64,000 nucleotides of DNA. Source: an uncultured Gemmatimonadales bacterium (GTDB lineage Bacteria > Gemmatimonadota > Gemmatimonadetes > Longimicrobiales > RSA9). The notes beneath the pieces are model-generated. The model did not search any database. It worked only from the letters and a program-made list of their open reading frames with translations, and was not told the DNA's origin. How positions within the stretch are numbered: the first letter of the stretch is position 1; every line of letters begins with the position of its first letter. The translations under genes and the position numbers were made by a program. Positions 1-9,881 of the stretch are shown here, piece by piece. Where the stretch lies: assembly GCA_963798085.1 (NCBI GenBank), contig CAWCRS010000007.1, positions 64,001 through 128,000 on the forward strand, read 5' to 3'.

Positions 1-579
1 CTGCAGCCCGCGCACGTGTGCGGTAAGCGAGACCTTGCGCAGTACGGGTGGCCTCGCGGGCGCAGCGATGAGCCTGGCCACCGTGGAGCGCAGGCCATCG
101 GCGCCCACGACGAGCCGGGCCTTCACAGCGAAAGTCTCACCCGCGCCACGCCGCCCGTGCACGCCACCGTCCGGCAGGAGTGCCGAAACGCGCACGCCGG
201 TCTCGACGGCCACACCCGCGGCGCGGGCGCCGTCGAGGAGCAGCGCATCGAGGCGGGCACGGGGAAGAGCAAAGCCGCAGGCGACCTGCGGATCCGTGCC
301 CGGAATCTGGTCGAAGCGTCCCTCGAAGCACGCGCCGGCCGGTGAGTAGATGCGCCAGCCCACGAGACGTGCGGGTGAAGCGCGCTCGATGTCCGGCAGC
401 AGGCCGAGGCGATCCAGCACGCGAGTCGCCTCGGGGCTCAGGCAATCACCACACGGCTTGGGCCGCGGAAACACCTGGCGATCGAGCAGCAGCACAGCGA
501 AGCCGGCGCGAGCCAGCAGCAGCGCGGTGGCCGAGCCGGCCGGTCCGCCGCCCACGACGACGACATCCGCCTGAGTCAA
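1..579 (-). CDS. NAD(P)/FAD-dependent oxidoreductase, geranylgeranyl-reductase-like (3' end runs off the window)
   Basis: Manual translation from TTG at 579: TQADVVVVGGGPAGSATALLLARAG (GxGxxG), DRQVFPRPKPCGDCLSP, ARLVVGADG. Start overlaps the yceI stop (TTGA). Absent from the ORF track. Confidence 0.85.
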   Translation of the reverse strand, partial: MTQADVVVVGGGPAGSATALLLARAGFAVLLLDRQVFPRPKPCGDCLSPEATRVLDRLGLLPDIERASPARLVGWRIYSPAGACFEGRFDQIPGTDPQVACGFALPRARLDALLLDGARAAGVAVETGVRVSALLPDGGVHGRRGAGETFAVKARLVVGADGLRSTVARLIAAPARPPVLRKVSLTAHVRGLQ

Positions 580-1220
580 CGTCCGCTCCGGCGGAAACTC
601 GCATCGAACACCAGCACGATGTCATCCTTCACTTTCACCGTGCCCAGCAGTTTCGTGGGAGGCTTCATGCCCAGAGCCCGGAAGCTCGTGGTCAGACGAC
701 CGCGCACGCGCAGCGTGTCACCCGCCAGGCTGGCGCGCACGGGAATGCGCACCTCGCGCGTGGAATCGCGCACTGTGAGCGAGCCCGCGAGCAGGAGCGG
801 CACGGCAACCGTGCCATCATTGAAACCGGCGACCGGCGCGAGCGCCGAATCGACGACTGCGGCATCGGCGGGCGCGACACTGCCCACTACAAACACAATG
901 TCAGGAAAGCGGTCGACCTTCAGTTCGCCGCGCAGGTGTCCATCACGCATGCCGTTGCCCGTCTTGAAGGATGCCGCATCGATGACGACGCGCCCGCCCG
1001 CGCCCGCGAACGTGGTGGTGTCGGGCAGCTCGGCCCATCCCGAGAAACGCGTGGCGTGCGCCTCGAAGCGACCGAGCGTAGCATCACCTTCGAGCCAGAT
1101 GCGCGTGCCCGCGCTGTCCAGCTGCAGCCGGGGCAGCTGGTCCTGCGCAGGAACGGGCGAACTCGCGTGCGGTGCCATGGCCGCGCGCGGGAACACGCAG
1201 AGCGCCAGCAGCGCACCCAT
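576..1220 (-). CDS. YceI family lipid/isoprenoid-quinone-binding protein
   Basis: Signal-like N-terminus; IDAASFKTGNGMRDGHLR, FPDIVF, GSLTVRDSTREV. Start approximate. Confidence 0.85.
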   Translation of the reverse strand: MGALLALCVFPRAAMAPHASSPVPAQDQLPRLQLDSAGTRIWLEGDATLGRFEAHATRFSGWAELPDTTTFAGAGGRVVIDAASFKTGNGMRDGHLRGELKVDRFPDIVFVVGSVAPADAAVVDSALAPVAGFNDGTVAVPLLLAGSLTVRDSTREVRIPVRASLAGDTLRVRGRLTTSFRALGMKPPTKLLGTVKVKDDIVLVFDASFRRSGR

Positions 1221-1241
1221 CGCCAGCCACGGACCGGGTCG

Positions 1242-2168
1242 ATGAAGATCTATTACACGGACCACTTCGTGCTCCCGCTGCCGCCCGGTCATCGATTTCC
1301 CATGGCGAAGTACGCCCTTCTCCGAGAACGTGTGAGCCGGTCCGGGTTCGTACCCCCGCACCAACTGGTCGAGCCGGCGGCGGCAACCGATGCAGAACTC
1401 ATGCGCGTGCATGATGCGCAGTATGTGCGGGCCGTGCGCACGGGCACGCTGCCCGCGCAGGAGATCCGGCGCATCGGCTTTCCCTGGTCACCTGAACTCG
1501 TGGAACGCTCGCTGCGTTCCGTGGGCGCCACGCTGGCCGCGTCGCGCGCGGCTCTGGCAGACGGTCTGGCCGTGAATCTGGCCGGTGGAACCCACCACGC
1601 GTACGCCGATCACGGCGAAGGCTTCTGCGTATTCAACGACGTGGCCGTGGCGGTGCGCGCACTGCAGCACGAGGGCCTGGCGCAGCGCTTTCTCGTGATC
1701 GATACCGATGTGCATCAGGGCAATGGCACCGCGCACCTGTTCCGTGAGGACGCGGCGGTCTTCACATTCTCCGTGCACGGCGACGCCAACTATCCGTTCC
1801 ACAAGGAACGCAGCACGTTCGACGTGGGCCTGCCCGATGGCGCGCCCGACGTGGCCTATCTCGCTGCCGTGCGCGCCGGACTGGATGCGGCATTCGACAA
1901 CGGCGCATTCGATCTTGCGTTCTGGGTGTCGGGCGCTGATGCCTTCGAAGGCGACCTGCTGGGCCGGCTTCAGGTCTCGAAATCCGGCCTCGTGCAGCGC
2001 GACCGCCTCGTGCTCGAGCGCTGCGCGGAGGAAGGCGTGCCCCTGGTGCTCGTGATGGGCGGGGGGTACGCCGCGAAGGTGGATGATGTCGTCGACATCC
2101 ACTACGCGAGCGTGGCCGCGGCGGCAGATTTTGCGGCGCGCGGCGAGCCCAGCCCCACGAGACGGTAG
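1242..2168 (+). CDS. Histone deacetylase family protein (class IV/HDAC11-like)
   Basis: MKIYYTDHFVLPLPPGHRFPMAKY, NLAGGTHHA, GFCVFND, IDTDVHQGNGT, GGGY. Confidence 0.93.
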   Translation: MKIYYTDHFVLPLPPGHRFPMAKYALLRERVSRSGFVPPHQLVEPAAATDAELMRVHDAQYVRAVRTGTLPAQEIRRIGFPWSPELVERSLRSVGATLAASRAALADGLAVNLAGGTHHAYADHGEGFCVFNDVAVAVRALQHEGLAQRFLVIDTDVHQGNGTAHLFREDAAVFTFSVHGDANYPFHKERSTFDVGLPDGAPDVAYLAAVRAGLDAAFDNGAFDLAFWVSGADAFEGDLLGRLQVSKSGLVQRDRLVLERCAEEGVPLVLVMGGGYAAKVDDVVDIHYASVAAAADFAARGEPSPTRR

Positions 2169-2836
2169 AAGAAGCGTCGCTTCACGTTTACATCCTCCAG
2201 GCCGGCGCTGCGCAGCGCGGCGCGCAGCTCCTCCGGTGTGAAGGCGCGCAGCACGGAAACCGGCCCGTCATGGCGGGCCAGCGAATTTCCTCGCCAGACG
2301 GTTCCCGCGAGCAGCTTCGCGCCCAGGTAGTTGGGCCAGCAGCGCTCCAGCTCATTGACGACCACGCGTCCCTGCGCCACGCGCACGAGCTCGCGCAGGA
2401 CACGCGTGCAGGCATCACCCTCGAAGTGGTGCAGCGCCAGCGACATGAGCACGACATCGAAGTGCCCATCGGGGAACGGCAGCGCCAGCGCATCGGCGCG
2501 CACGAACGTGATGGGCAGCGAGGCCGGTGTACGGGCGCGCGCAATGGCCAGGATCTGCGGGTGCCGGTCCAGCGCCACGATGCGCACCTGCGCACGGTGC
2601 GCACGCGCCAGGCCGGCAATGCTGCGCACCACGTCGCCACTGCCGCAGGCCACGTCCAGCAGTGTGAGGCGTGCACCCGGGCGGAGGCGGGAACGCAGCA
2701 GCGCGCGCACGGCACGCAGCCCGCCTAACCACGCATTTACATGCTCGATGTGGCGCAGGTCACGCGCCAGCAGCCCTTCGTCCAGGCCGGGCTCGTCCAT
2801 GCGCTCACTGACGTGCTGCAGGCGGCGGGGCGGCAT
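2102..2836 (-). CDS. SAM-dependent methyltransferase (ERMD-type, often linked to type III PKS)
   Basis: SERMDEP, NAWLGG, LLDVACGSGD, SLALHHF, RHDGPVSVLRAFTPEEL. Confidence 0.88.
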   Translation of the reverse strand: MPPRRLQHVSERMDEPGLDEGLLARDLRHIEHVNAWLGGLRAVRALLRSRLRPGARLTLLDVACGSGDVVRSIAGLARAHRAQVRIVALDRHPQILAIARARTPASLPITFVRADALALPFPDGHFDVVLMSLALHHFEGDACTRVLRELVRVAQGRVVVNELERCWPNYLGAKLLAGTVWRGNSLARHDGPVSVLRAFTPEELRAALRSAGLEDVNVKRRFFYRLVGLGSPRAAKSAAAATLA

Positions 2837-4218
2837 CAGGGGGCCGCCCGGGCGTGCGCGGCGATGTGGCTGCGCACCTTGCCCGCCGCGGCCTGGAGCG
2901 CGGCCTGCGCGCGCGTCGCATCGAGCGAGAGTGCGCGGCCGTCGCGCCAGAGCACGCGGCCCTGCACCACCGTGAGCGTGACATCGCTGCCGCGCGCCGC
3001 GAGGAAGAGCGCGGCCAGCGGATCGTGCACGGGTTGCACGTGGGCGTCGCGGAAGCTGACCGCGCACAGGTCGGCATCCTTGCCCGCCTCGAGCGACCCG
3101 ACCCGCGCAGCCAGACCGAGGGCGCGGGCGCCCTCCAGTGTCACCATGCGCAGCAGTGCCGCCGGTGGCAGCAGCACCGGCGACTGCAGCCGGGCGCGCT
3201 GCAGCGCCTGCGCCTGCCTGGCTTCTTCCAGCAGGTCCATGCGGTTGTTGCTGGCCATGGAATCCGTTCCCAGGCCCACCGTGACACCCGCATCGAGCAG
3301 ATCGGTCACGGGGGCAATGCCGTGACCCAACCGCGCGTTAGCGGTGGGACAGTGGGCGACGCGTGCACCGCTCGCCGACAGCGCCGCGATGTCCTCGGCA
3401 TTGATGCGCACGGCGTGGATGATCAGCGGCGAGGCGGCCAGAATGCCGGTGGCCTCGAGCAGCGCGATGGGGGAGCGGGCGCGCGGTGGTGTGGCCATGC
3501 CGCGGGCGCGCAGGCGCTCCCCGAACACGCCGTTACCATGGCGCACGAGCGCATCCTCGGTCGCGCTCTCGGCGGCGTGCACGGCGAGCGGCAGGTCCTG
3601 GTCCCGCGCCAGGCGGGCAACCGCGCGGAACAGGGCGTCGGACACGGTGAAGGGTGCGTGCGGTGAAACGCCCACGCGCACCAGCGAAGTCTGCAGCGGC
3701 TCGAGCGCGGCGAGCTGCGCACGCAACGTGGCCAGCGCGGCGTCGCATTGCTCAGGCGAAGGTCCGAAGACCTCGCGGAAAACCACGCCACGCTGACCGC
3801 TGGCACGCAGCGCGTGCACGGTCGCGTCCGAGTCCTCGGTGGCCGCCAGCGTGGTGATGCCTGCGGCCAGCGCCTCGAGGCAGCCCCACTGCGCGGCGGC
3901 GCGGTAGTCTTCGGCGCTGAGGCCGGCTTCGCGCCGGATGCGCAGCAGCGTGCCGATCCAGTCGGGGAAGGGCAGGTCCTCGAGGGCGCCGCGCAGCAGT
4001 GTCAGCTCCGGGTGTGCGTGCGTATTCACCAGGCCCGGCAGCAGCGCGGCGTCACCCAGGGCAATGTCCTCGGCGGCGGCGGGTGCAGGTACGTGGTCGC
4101 GCGGACCCACGGCCCTGATAATACCGTGTTCGTCCACCAGCACGGCGCCATCGGCGATCGGCGGCGACGTGACCGGCAATACCCATTGCGCGGTGTAGCG
4201 CGCGGGACGGAGGCTCAC
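2836..4218 (-). CDS. Amidohydrolase, MTA/SAH-deaminase-like (TRZ/ATZ family)
   Basis: PGLVNTHAHPEL, SPHAPFTVS, HAAES, HCPTAN, GLGTDSMASNN. GTG start overlaps the upstream stop. Confidence 0.88.
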   Translation of the reverse strand: MSLRPARYTAQWVLPVTSPPIADGAVLVDEHGIIRAVGPRDHVPAPAAAEDIALGDAALLPGLVNTHAHPELTLLRGALEDLPFPDWIGTLLRIRREAGLSAEDYRAAAQWGCLEALAAGITTLAATEDSDATVHALRASGQRGVVFREVFGPSPEQCDAALATLRAQLAALEPLQTSLVRVGVSPHAPFTVSDALFRAVARLARDQDLPLAVHAAESATEDALVRHGNGVFGERLRARGMATPPRARSPIALLEATGILAASPLIIHAVRINAEDIAALSASGARVAHCPTANARLGHGIAPVTDLLDAGVTVGLGTDSMASNNRMDLLEEARQAQALQRARLQSPVLLPPAALLRMVTLEGARALGLAARVGSLEAGKDADLCAVSFRDAHVQPVHDPLAALFLAARGSDVTLTVVQGRVLWRDGRALSLDATRAQAALQAAAGKVRSHIAAHARAAP

Positions 4219-6023
4219 GAGCGGGCGCTGCCGTTGAAGCGAAACAGGTCGCCGGCGATGCCGTCGGGGCGCGAGCGGCGGAACTGGAAATCGTTGTCGG
4301 AATTGCCAATGCCGATCAGCTCGCCGATGGTGAGCCGGACCTGGAGCCTGCCGGCATCCCCGCCGCGGTCCAGCGGCCAGGCGAAGTCGAGGCGATAGGT
4401 AGTGCGGCTGCCCGCGGGGAAGGAAGTACGCAGACCGAAGCCAAGCGAGCTGCGCCAGCCGGAATCCGTTCCGAAGGGCGAGTCGCCCGGCCACATGCGA
4501 CCGGCATCGGCGAAGAACGTGAGGCCCGAGTCGAATACATCCTTGAGCGGCCAGCCGATGTACACGCGATCCTCGAGCGTGAAAACCAGCCGGCGCCCGC
4601 CGGGAAAGCGTTCGATGTCGTAGCCGCGCACGCCACGCTCGCCACCCAGCGTCAGCTGAAACGGCGTGCGCGTGTGCCGGGCGGCGGCCGCATCGGCGCG
4701 CAGCAGCAGGGTCTGGCGGGGCAGCGCCGGAAAGCGCAGGTAGCTGAACAGCTCGGCTTCACCGTACAGGTCCTGCCAGCGCACTTCGTCGGGCACAATG
4801 CCGAAGTGACGCAGACCGTCGCCGCGGGCACGCGCAATGACCAGCGCGGGCCCGCTGGCAAACGCGCTGTACGTGAGCAGCGAGAGCGTCATGTCGTCGT
4901 CGTGCGCGAGGGCGGGCAGGGAGCGGCCCACATCGAAGCCGGCTTCGACGCCGAGGTGCACATCTTCTTCGCCCCGCATGCTGTCCAGGCCACGCCGCTT
5001 GATCCAATGCACATCGCGCGCGCCCACCAGCAAGTGCACGCGCAGGGCGTCACGCTCCATCGTCTGCGGCGCGATGGGCGCAGCGGTGGCGCTGTCCGCG
5101 GGAATGCGCTCGTCGAAGTGACCATCAGGCGCCAGCTGAAGCGTACCAATGCGCCGCAGCCGCTCCCGCGCCAGGCCGACTCCCGCCTGCAGGGAACGGC
5201 CGCGATCACCGAAGCGGCGCAGCAGCGATGCCTCGAAGCTCTCCGAGCGCACCGGCAACAGCGCATGCGCCGCGTTCTCGCCTGCATCATCGCGGGTAAT
5301 GTAGTCGAAGAACTGATCGTTGCGACTATAGCCTTCGCGGCCGGCCCAGTGGCCGATCTCGCCGAGGAAGGGATAACCGATCTGTTCGCGGAAGAAGGAG
5401 CCGGCACGGGTGCGGCCCACCGCGGAGGTGAGATCCCAGCGCGTGCGCCCGATCTGTGGCGAAAAATACGTGAGGCCGTAGTCGCGTGTGACCTCCCGCT
5501 CCTGCCAGAAGACGGTGACTTCCTGACCCATGCCGAGGAAGTTGTACTCGCTCAAGCGCAATCCTTCGAAGCGGAGATTGCGGTCCACGCGGACGCGCAG
5601 GTCCACGCGTGTGCTCCAGTCGTCGTGCGTGTCCACGATCACGTGATGCGAGCCATCGGTCTGGGGCACGCCGTAGATGTCGACCTGGGCGAGGAAGGGA
5701 TAGGCGCGCAGCACGCGCTCGCTCTCGGCCAGCAGAAAGGGGTCGTAGCAGTCTCCCGGTCGGAACAGCAGCTCGCGGCGGATCACCCACTGGCGCGTGC
5801 GCACGTGCAGCGCATTGGCGGCGCGATAGGCCCAGCGGAAGCGCGCATCGAGGTCGGGATCGGACGTGTCGAATATCGAGTTATTGTCGATGAAAACGAA
5901 GGAGATGCGACCGTCCGGGCAGGCGGCCTTCGCCCCGGCGTCAGCCTGGGCGTGCGCCGCGCCCGCGGTGACGACGAGAAGCAGGAGCGCGAAAAGCACG
6001 GTCGAGCTACCCCGGCGGCGCAC
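4215..6023 (-). CDS. BamA/TamA-like outer-membrane protein with POTRA-like domain
   Basis: Signal peptide; TRQWVIRRELLF..G..YDP..LAESERVLR; LGGERGVRGY; FADAGRMW; SLGFGLR. Confidence 0.8.
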   Translation of the reverse strand: MRRRGSSTVLFALLLLVVTAGAAHAQADAGAKAACPDGRISFVFIDNNSIFDTSDPDLDARFRWAYRAANALHVRTRQWVIRRELLFRPGDCYDPFLLAESERVLRAYPFLAQVDIYGVPQTDGSHHVIVDTHDDWSTRVDLRVRVDRNLRFEGLRLSEYNFLGMGQEVTVFWQEREVTRDYGLTYFSPQIGRTRWDLTSAVGRTRAGSFFREQIGYPFLGEIGHWAGREGYSRNDQFFDYITRDDAGENAAHALLPVRSESFEASLLRRFGDRGRSLQAGVGLARERLRRIGTLQLAPDGHFDERIPADSATAAPIAPQTMERDALRVHLLVGARDVHWIKRRGLDSMRGEEDVHLGVEAGFDVGRSLPALAHDDDMTLSLLTYSAFASGPALVIARARGDGLRHFGIVPDEVRWQDLYGEAELFSYLRFPALPRQTLLLRADAAAARHTRTPFQLTLGGERGVRGYDIERFPGGRRLVFTLEDRVYIGWPLKDVFDSGLTFFADAGRMWPGDSPFGTDSGWRSSLGFGLRTSFPAGSRTTYRLDFAWPLDRGGDAGRLQVRLTIGELIGIGNSDNDFQFRRSRPDGIAGDLFRFNGSARS

Positions 6024-6307
6024 CGACGGATCCTCGCAGGCGGGCTGCAACTTGCTGACAGGCCGTCGGTTGCATGATCAACGGGCCGTTGCACGGGAAG
6101 CCGACCCTGCTCGCGCGGGCGCGCGCGATTCTGTCGGAAGTGCGGTGGACGGGCGCGAAATTACCGGCGCGCGCGACCCCCGGGCAAGGCGGCTCATCGC
6201 TTGACACGACTGCGCCAAATCCAATAAGGTGGCCCGGTTGCACACATATAGCACACGACAGAAACCGCGGCTGCGACGACGCGCCCGCTGATCGGAGATC
6301 GAATACG

Positions 6308-7897
6308 GTGGTTACGACCCGTGTCGCCGAAAAGGAACTGACGAAACACGGTCTGCATCCTCGGCAGGCCGTGCACTGGAATGCGCATCCCGCGTGGCTC
6401 ATCGAGACCGCGGTGCGGCGAGGGGAGGGACTGCTGTCGGCCGATGGTGCATTCGTCGGCATTACCACGCCGCACACGGGCCGCTCGCCCAATGACAAGT
6501 TCGTGGTGCGCGAGCCGGAGACATCCGCCCATGTGTGGTGGGGCAGCGTGAACTCGCCCATGGAGCCGGAGCAGTTCGAGTTGCTGCGGCGGGATATCCT
6601 GCAGCATCTCGAGCCGCAGGAGCTGTTCGTGCGGGATGTCTGGGCCGGCGCCGACCCGGCATACCGCATTGGCGTGCGCTCCATAAGTCCGAACGCGTGG
6701 CAGACGCTCTTCGTGTACAACATGTTCGTCGTCCCCACGCCGCACGAGGCGAGCGCGTTCGAGCCCGACTGGGTGCTGCTGCACGCGCCCGAATTCCATG
6801 CGGACCCGCAGCGCCACGGCACCCGCACCAGCACGGCGATTGTGCTGAACCTGGCCCGGCGCACGGTGCTCATCGCCGGCACGCGCTACGCCGGCGAAAT
6901 GAAGAAGTCGATCTTCACGGTGCTGAACTACGTGCTGCCCCGGCGAGGTGTGCTGAGCATGCACTGCTCGGCCAATGCGGGACACAGCGGCGACGTGGCG
7001 CTGTTCTTCGGGTTGTCGGGAACCGGCAAGACCACGTTGTCGACGGATCCGAACCGCCATCTGATCGGTGACGACGAGCACGGCTGGTCCGACGAGGGCG
7101 TATTCAACTTCGAGGGCGGCAACTACGCCAAGGTGATCCGGCTGTCGCCGCGCGGCGAGCCGCTGATCTACGCGGCCAGCCGCCGCTTCGGCGCGATACT
7201 CGAGAACGTCGTGATGGATGAGGCCACGCGCGAGGTCGACTGGAACGACGACTCCATCACGGAGAACACGCGATCCTCGTACCCGATCGAATTCATCGAG
7301 GGGGCCGTGCCCGGCGGCATGGGCGCCCACCCGGCGCACGTCGTGTTCCTCACGGCGGATGCGTTTGGCGTGATGCCGCCCATCGCCAGGCTGACGCAGG
7401 ATCAGGCAATGTATCATTTCCTCTCGGGTTACACGGCGAAAGTCGCAGGCACCGAGCGCGGCGTCACCGAGCCGAAGGCAGCATTCAGCACGTGTTTCGG
7501 CGCGCCGTTCCTGCCGCTGCCGCCATCCGTGTACGCCGGGATGCTCGGCCAGAAGCTGCAGCGTCACGGCGCGCAGTGCTGGCTGATCAACACCGGCTGG
7601 ACGGGCGGGCCCTACGGTTCCGGCCACCGCATGAAGCTGGCGTACACGCGAGCCATGATCGATGCCATGCTGGATGGACGCCTGGATGACGTCCCCACCA
7701 CCACGGACCCGTTTTTTGGTCTGTGCGTTCCGCAGCACGTGCACGGCGTTCCGGATGAGGTGCTGAATCCGCGCGTTACGTGGGCAGACGGCGCGGCGTA
7801 TGATGCACAGGCGAAGAAGCTCGCGGCGATGTTCCGTGAGAATTTCGCGAAATTCGAGGGTGTCTCCGCCGGCGTTCGCAGTGCCGGCCCCGCATGA
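6308..7897 (+). CDS. pckA: Phosphoenolpyruvate carboxykinase (ATP)
   Basis: HTGRSPNDKF, YAGEMKKS, MHCSAN, FFGLSGTGKTTLS, LIGDDEHGW, ENTRSSYP. Confidence 0.97.
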   Translation: MVTTRVAEKELTKHGLHPRQAVHWNAHPAWLIETAVRRGEGLLSADGAFVGITTPHTGRSPNDKFVVREPETSAHVWWGSVNSPMEPEQFELLRRDILQHLEPQELFVRDVWAGADPAYRIGVRSISPNAWQTLFVYNMFVVPTPHEASAFEPDWVLLHAPEFHADPQRHGTRTSTAIVLNLARRTVLIAGTRYAGEMKKSIFTVLNYVLPRRGVLSMHCSANAGHSGDVALFFGLSGTGKTTLSTDPNRHLIGDDEHGWSDEGVFNFEGGNYAKVIRLSPRGEPLIYAASRRFGAILENVVMDEATREVDWNDDSITENTRSSYPIEFIEGAVPGGMGAHPAHVVFLTADAFGVMPPIARLTQDQAMYHFLSGYTAKVAGTERGVTEPKAAFSTCFGAPFLPLPPSVYAGMLGQKLQRHGAQCWLINTGWTGGPYGSGHRMKLAYTRAMIDAMLDGRLDDVPTTTDPFFGLCVPQHVHGVPDEVLNPRVTWADGAAYDAQAKKLAAMFRENFAKFEGVSAGVRSAGPA

Positions 7898-7920
7898 TTC
7901 TTCGAGCAGGAGATCGAGCC

Positions 7921-8490
7921 ATGCGACAGCTTGCGTGCGTGTTCACGCTGATCATGGCGACAGGCGCCTGCGCATCGGCACCAGCGCAGCCGGTGATCAA
8001 GGAAGCGCCGCAGACACCGCCGGCCATTCTCTCGAGCGGCGCCGACAACGGGACGGGCACCGAAGTCCGGCTTTCGTCCGACATCCGCTCGATCGAGGGC
8101 GAGATCCTGGCGCCGCGTGACAGTGTCTGGTCCGCACTGCCCGCCATGTGGCAGGCGCTGGGCATTCCGGTCGCGAGCATCGACCGTGCGCGCGGCACAC
8201 TGCGCAGCGGTCGTTTCCGCGCGCCGCACAGCCTGGGCGGCAAATCGCTGCGCGAGCTGGTGGATTGCGGCTATTCCGTCACCGGGCCGCGGGCCGACAT
8301 CTGGGAAGTATCGATGGAGATCATGACCGTCGTGCAACCCGCCAACAGTGCGCGCACGCGGATTGCCACGCAGATCATTTCCGATGCGCGGCCACGCGAT
8401 GGCACCAGTACACAGGGGGTATCGTGCGGCAGTCTGGGCGAACTGGAACGCACGCTCGCGCAGCGGTTGCAGCAGCGGTTTCCGTCCTGA
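7921..8490 (+). CDS. Hypothetical lipoprotein
   Basis: AGGAG RBS; signal with TGAC lipobox-like motif; Cys in VDCG and SCGSLG. Confidence 0.7.
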   Translation: MRQLACVFTLIMATGACASAPAQPVIKEAPQTPPAILSSGADNGTGTEVRLSSDIRSIEGEILAPRDSVWSALPAMWQALGIPVASIDRARGTLRSGRFRAPHSLGGKSLRELVDCGYSVTGPRADIWEVSMEIMTVVQPANSARTRIATQIISDARPRDGTSTQGVSCGSLGELERTLAQRLQQRFPS

Positions 8491-8554
8491 GTTCTGACGC
8501 ACGCACATGAACCGCGCCGCGCTCCCGCATGCGGGGGCGCGGCGATTGCTTCTC

Positions 8555-9880
8555 ATGGACAATCACGTTCTGGTCCGCGACCCGATCTGGAACACGATCC
8601 GCCTCGACCCCGTGTCGGTGCGCATCGTGGACGCCGCATCCTTCCAGCGCCTGCGCCGCATCAAGCAGCTGGGCCACGCGCACCTCGTGTATCCGGGCGC
8701 GACGCACACCCGCTTCGATCACGCGCTGGGTGTCTATCATCTGGCGCGGCGCGCTCTGCTGCTCATGGGCGAGCGCGGCCTGCTGGCCGGCGTCCGGGAA
8801 CTCGACCTTACGCTGGTGCCGCTGGCCGGACTGCTGCACGACATCGCGCACTACCCGTATTCCCATGCGCTGGAAGAGCTGCAGGCGGATCGCATTCCCG
8901 GACATCACGAGGCACTGGCGGGGCGCTTTCTCGCGGACCAGGACGTTGCCGCCGCATTGGCCACGGTGGCGCCCGAAGCAGCCGCGTCCATTGAAGCGCT
9001 GATCCGGGGCCGTTCCGCCAGTCCGCTGCAGGGCCTGGTGAGCGGCAGCCTCGACCTCGACAAGATCGAGTACCTCAAACGTGACGCGCGCTTCTGCGGT
9101 GTGCCCTTCGGCGAAGTCGATGTGGACCGGCTGCTGCACGCGCTCACGCTGGCAGAGGATCCGCAAAGCGGCCGGCGCGAGGTGGCGGTGCACGAGAAAG
9201 GCGTCGCCGCCCTCGAATCGCTGCTGTTCGCGAAGTACCAAATGTTTCGCAATGTCTACTGGCACCACGCCGTGCGCGCGGCCACCGTGCTCTACAAGCG
9301 TCTGGTGGGCGATGCGCTGGATAGCGGGCTGTTAGGCACGGACGAGCTGGTGGGCGAGACCAATGAAGGACTGCTCTTCCGCATCGCGGAGCGCGCCCGC
9401 GCCGGCAGCAGCGAAGTGGCGCTGCGCGTGGCACGCTGGGTGGATGAGCTGCGCCGGCGCGAGCTGCCCAAGCGCGCAGGTGAGCTGGTGGCGGCCGAGC
9501 TGGAGACCGGCGTCGTGGGGAACTGGATCGAAAGCGACACGCCACTGAAACGCCGCGTCGAGGACAGGCTGGCCGTCGAACTGGGACTGGGTCCGGGCGA
9601 CCTGTTCCTCGACTATCCGGAAAAAACGGCGATGTTCGCGCTCGACCTGCTGGTGGAACGGCGCGATGGCCGCGTCATGCGCCTGGGCCCGGCGGGACAG
9701 GCCGGGCTCATCGGGCTGCCGCGCGTGGCCGATGAGCTGTACCGCACGGCCCGCGTGATGCGCATCTTCACGAAGGGCCCTCGCCGTACCCTGCCATCCA
9801 CCTTGCTCTCCGGAATTGCCGGCCTCGAGGAAGCCGCACTGCGCGCCCGGCTGGACGCGGGCGCGAGCCTCATCGCCTGA
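8555..9880 (+). CDS. HD domain phosphohydrolase (SAMHD1/dGTPase-like)
   Basis: RDPIW, FQRLRRIKQLG, YPGATHTRFDHALG, LLHDIAHYPYSHALE, DLDKIEYL, VYWHH. Confidence 0.92.
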   Translation: MDNHVLVRDPIWNTIRLDPVSVRIVDAASFQRLRRIKQLGHAHLVYPGATHTRFDHALGVYHLARRALLLMGERGLLAGVRELDLTLVPLAGLLHDIAHYPYSHALEELQADRIPGHHEALAGRFLADQDVAAALATVAPEAAASIEALIRGRSASPLQGLVSGSLDLDKIEYLKRDARFCGVPFGEVDVDRLLHALTLAEDPQSGRREVAVHEKGVAALESLLFAKYQMFRNVYWHHAVRAATVLYKRLVGDALDSGLLGTDELVGETNEGLLFRIAERARAGSSEVALRVARWVDELRRRELPKRAGELVAAELETGVVGNWIESDTPLKRRVEDRLAVELGLGPGDLFLDYPEKTAMFALDLLVERRDGRVMRLGPAGQAGLIGLPRVADELYRTARVMRIFTKGPRRTLPSTLLSGIAGLEEAALRARLDAGASLIA

Positions 9881-9881
9881 G

